Notes under the pieces: model-generated
Database searches by the model: none
What the model was told of the DNA's origin: nothing
What the model saw: only the letters and a program-made list of their open reading frames with translations
Assembly: GCA_016205145.1 (NCBI GenBank)
Contig: JACQJH010000002.1
Coordinates: 360,001-392,000, forward strand
DNA from: Candidatus Iainarchaeum sp.
Lineage (GTDB): Archaea > Iainarchaeota > Iainarchaeia > Iainarchaeales > JACQJH01
Length of the DNA stretch: 32,000 bases
Direction of reading: 5' to 3'
In this document: positions 30,908 to 32,000 of the stretch, piece after piece
How the letters are laid out: the number at the start of each line of letters is the position of its first letter
How positions within the stretch are numbered: the first letter of the stretch is position 1
Program-made: the position numbers and the translations under genes

Positions 30908-32000
30908 TTACCTTGTAACCCCGCTTTCCCTTGCCGCCCGCGCAACCGCCTTTGCGATTTTCGGGACAACGCCCTTGTCCACGGCATTCGGCAGAATGTT
31001 TTCCCTTGAAGGCTTCCCCGCTGCCTTCGCCAGTGCCTTCGAGGCCGCCATTTTCATTTGCTCGTTGATTTCCGTTGCTTTCGCGTCAAGCGCGCCCCTG
31101 AACACGCCGGGAAAAGCGAGAACATTGTTTATCTGGTTTGGAAAATCACTTCTGCCAGTGCCGACAATGAAAGCGCCCGCCTTCAAAGCCTCATCAGGCA
31201 TTATTTCCGGAACAGGATTCGCCATCGCGAAAACAATCGGCTTTTCGTTCATGGACCGGATCATTGCAGGAGTCATCAGGCCCGCCCTTGAAACCCCGAT
31301 AAAAACATCCGCTCCCACAACCACTTCCGCAAGTCTTCCCTCGGCATTGTTCGGATTGGTCAGCTTTGCAAGCTCCCGCTTTGCGCCATTCAGGCCGGCC
31401 CTGCCATTGTGGATCGCCCCGACACTGTCAACCAGGATTATTTCCCTGACTGGAACGCAGACATTGTCATCCATTCCAGTACAATGAAGCCAGCGCGCGA
31501 TTGCGGTGCCCGCGGCTCCGGCACCATTGACCACAATTTTCAGGTCCTCAACCCTTTTGCCTGCAACCTTCGCCGCATTCAGCAACGCGGCATAAACGAC
31601 TATGGCTGTGCCGTGCTGGTCGTCATGCATGACCGGAATGCTGACACGCCTTTTAATTTCACGCTCGGCTTCAAAGCATTCCGGCGCTGCAATGTCTTCA
31701 AGGTTTATGCCGCCAAAAGTCGGCGCAATCGCAACTGCAACATCCGCAATTTCCTTCGCGGAAGAAGCATTCACAACAATCGGCACGGCATCAATGTTCG
31801 CAAACTCCTTGAACAGAACAGCCTTTCCCTCCATCACCGGCAGAGCCGCTTCCGGCCCGATGTCGCCAAGGCCCAGAACAGCCGAGCCGTCGCTCAAAAC
31901 CGCCACAGAGTTGCCCTTCCAGGTCAAATCAAAAATCGCTTTTTTGTCCAAGGCAATCTGCCTGCACGCCTCAGCCATGCCGGGAGTGTAGACAACGCTC
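30908..32000 (-). CDS. NAD(P)-dependent malic enzyme (short prokaryotic type), N-terminus beyond the window
   Basis: Motifs VLGLGDIGPEAALPVMEGKAVLFKEFANIDAVPI, GGINLEDIAAPECF, HDDQHGTAIV and VVNGAGAAGTA. The ORF is open to the right edge. Confidence 0.85.
   Translation of the reverse strand, partial: SVVYTPGMAEACRQIALDKKAIFDLTWKGNSVAVLSDGSAVLGLGDIGPEAALPVMEGKAVLFKEFANIDAVPIVVNASSAKEIADVAVAIAPTFGGINLEDIAAPECFEAEREIKRRVSIPVMHDDQHGTAIVVYAALLNAAKVAGKRVEDLKIVVNGAGAAGTAIARWLHCTGMDDNVCVPVREIILVDSVGAIHNGRAGLNGAKRELAKLTNPNNAEGRLAEVVVGADVFIGVSRAGLMTPAMIRSMNEKPIVFAMANPVPEIMPDEALKAGAFIVGTGRSDFPNQINNVLAFPGVFRGALDAKATEINEQMKMAASKALAKAAGKPSRENILPNAVDKGVVPKIAKAVARAARESGVTR

Overview
This is an archaeal chromosomal window. 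The evidence is Nop5 and fibrillarin, NMD3, aCPSF-type beta-CASP nucleases, an archaeal/eukaryal-type GlyRS and an archaeal HTH regulator. TTTTTAAA-like TATA boxes lie about 25-40 nt upstream of many starts. GGTG/GGAGG Shine-Dalgarno motifs lie 5-7 nt upstream of many others, including GTG and TTG starts. An uncultured small-genome (DPANN-like) lineage is my inference only. I call about 30 CDS and 2 tRNAs: Thr-CGU on the minus strand and Arg-CCU on the plus strand. I see no rRNA, CRISPR array, transposase or integrase.

Gene content, left to right:
1. A minus-strand Asp/Asn transamidation cluster: aspS (bacterial type), gatC, an HD hydrolase, gatA, an IMPase-like gene and gatB.
2. A short beta-CASP nuclease divergent from a long coiled-coil protein, followed by a compositionally odd small ORF.
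3. A diaminopimelate/lysine cluster: lysA-dapF-aminotransferase divergent from hom-dapB-dapA-His-phosphatase.
4. A divergent pair of membrane-anchored beta-sandwich surface proteins plus a CAP/SCP-domain protein.
5. tRNA-Thr, glyS, nop5-flpA-dolichol-kinase-like, tRNA-Arg.
6. The HTH regulator convergent with aCPSF2-membrane-NMD3-panE.
7. A membrane protein, a DsrE-like gene, DUF302, an ArsR-type gene, and a malic enzyme truncated at the right edge.

Most notable observations:
- A full YbaK/ProX-type aminoacyl-tRNA deacylase domain is fused in frame to the N-terminus of GatB.
- A family of modular intergenic hairpin elements shows compensatory stem substitutions. It includes a 25-26 nt box placed immediately 3' of both tRNA genes and partly repeated after hom.
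- Nop5 lacks the N-terminal fibrillarin-binding domain and carries a heptad (R/K)PxGFG repeat tail.
- An ArsR/DUF302/DsrE-like cluster has a clear operator palindrome.

All functional calls come from reading the translated ORFs by eye. No database search was run.
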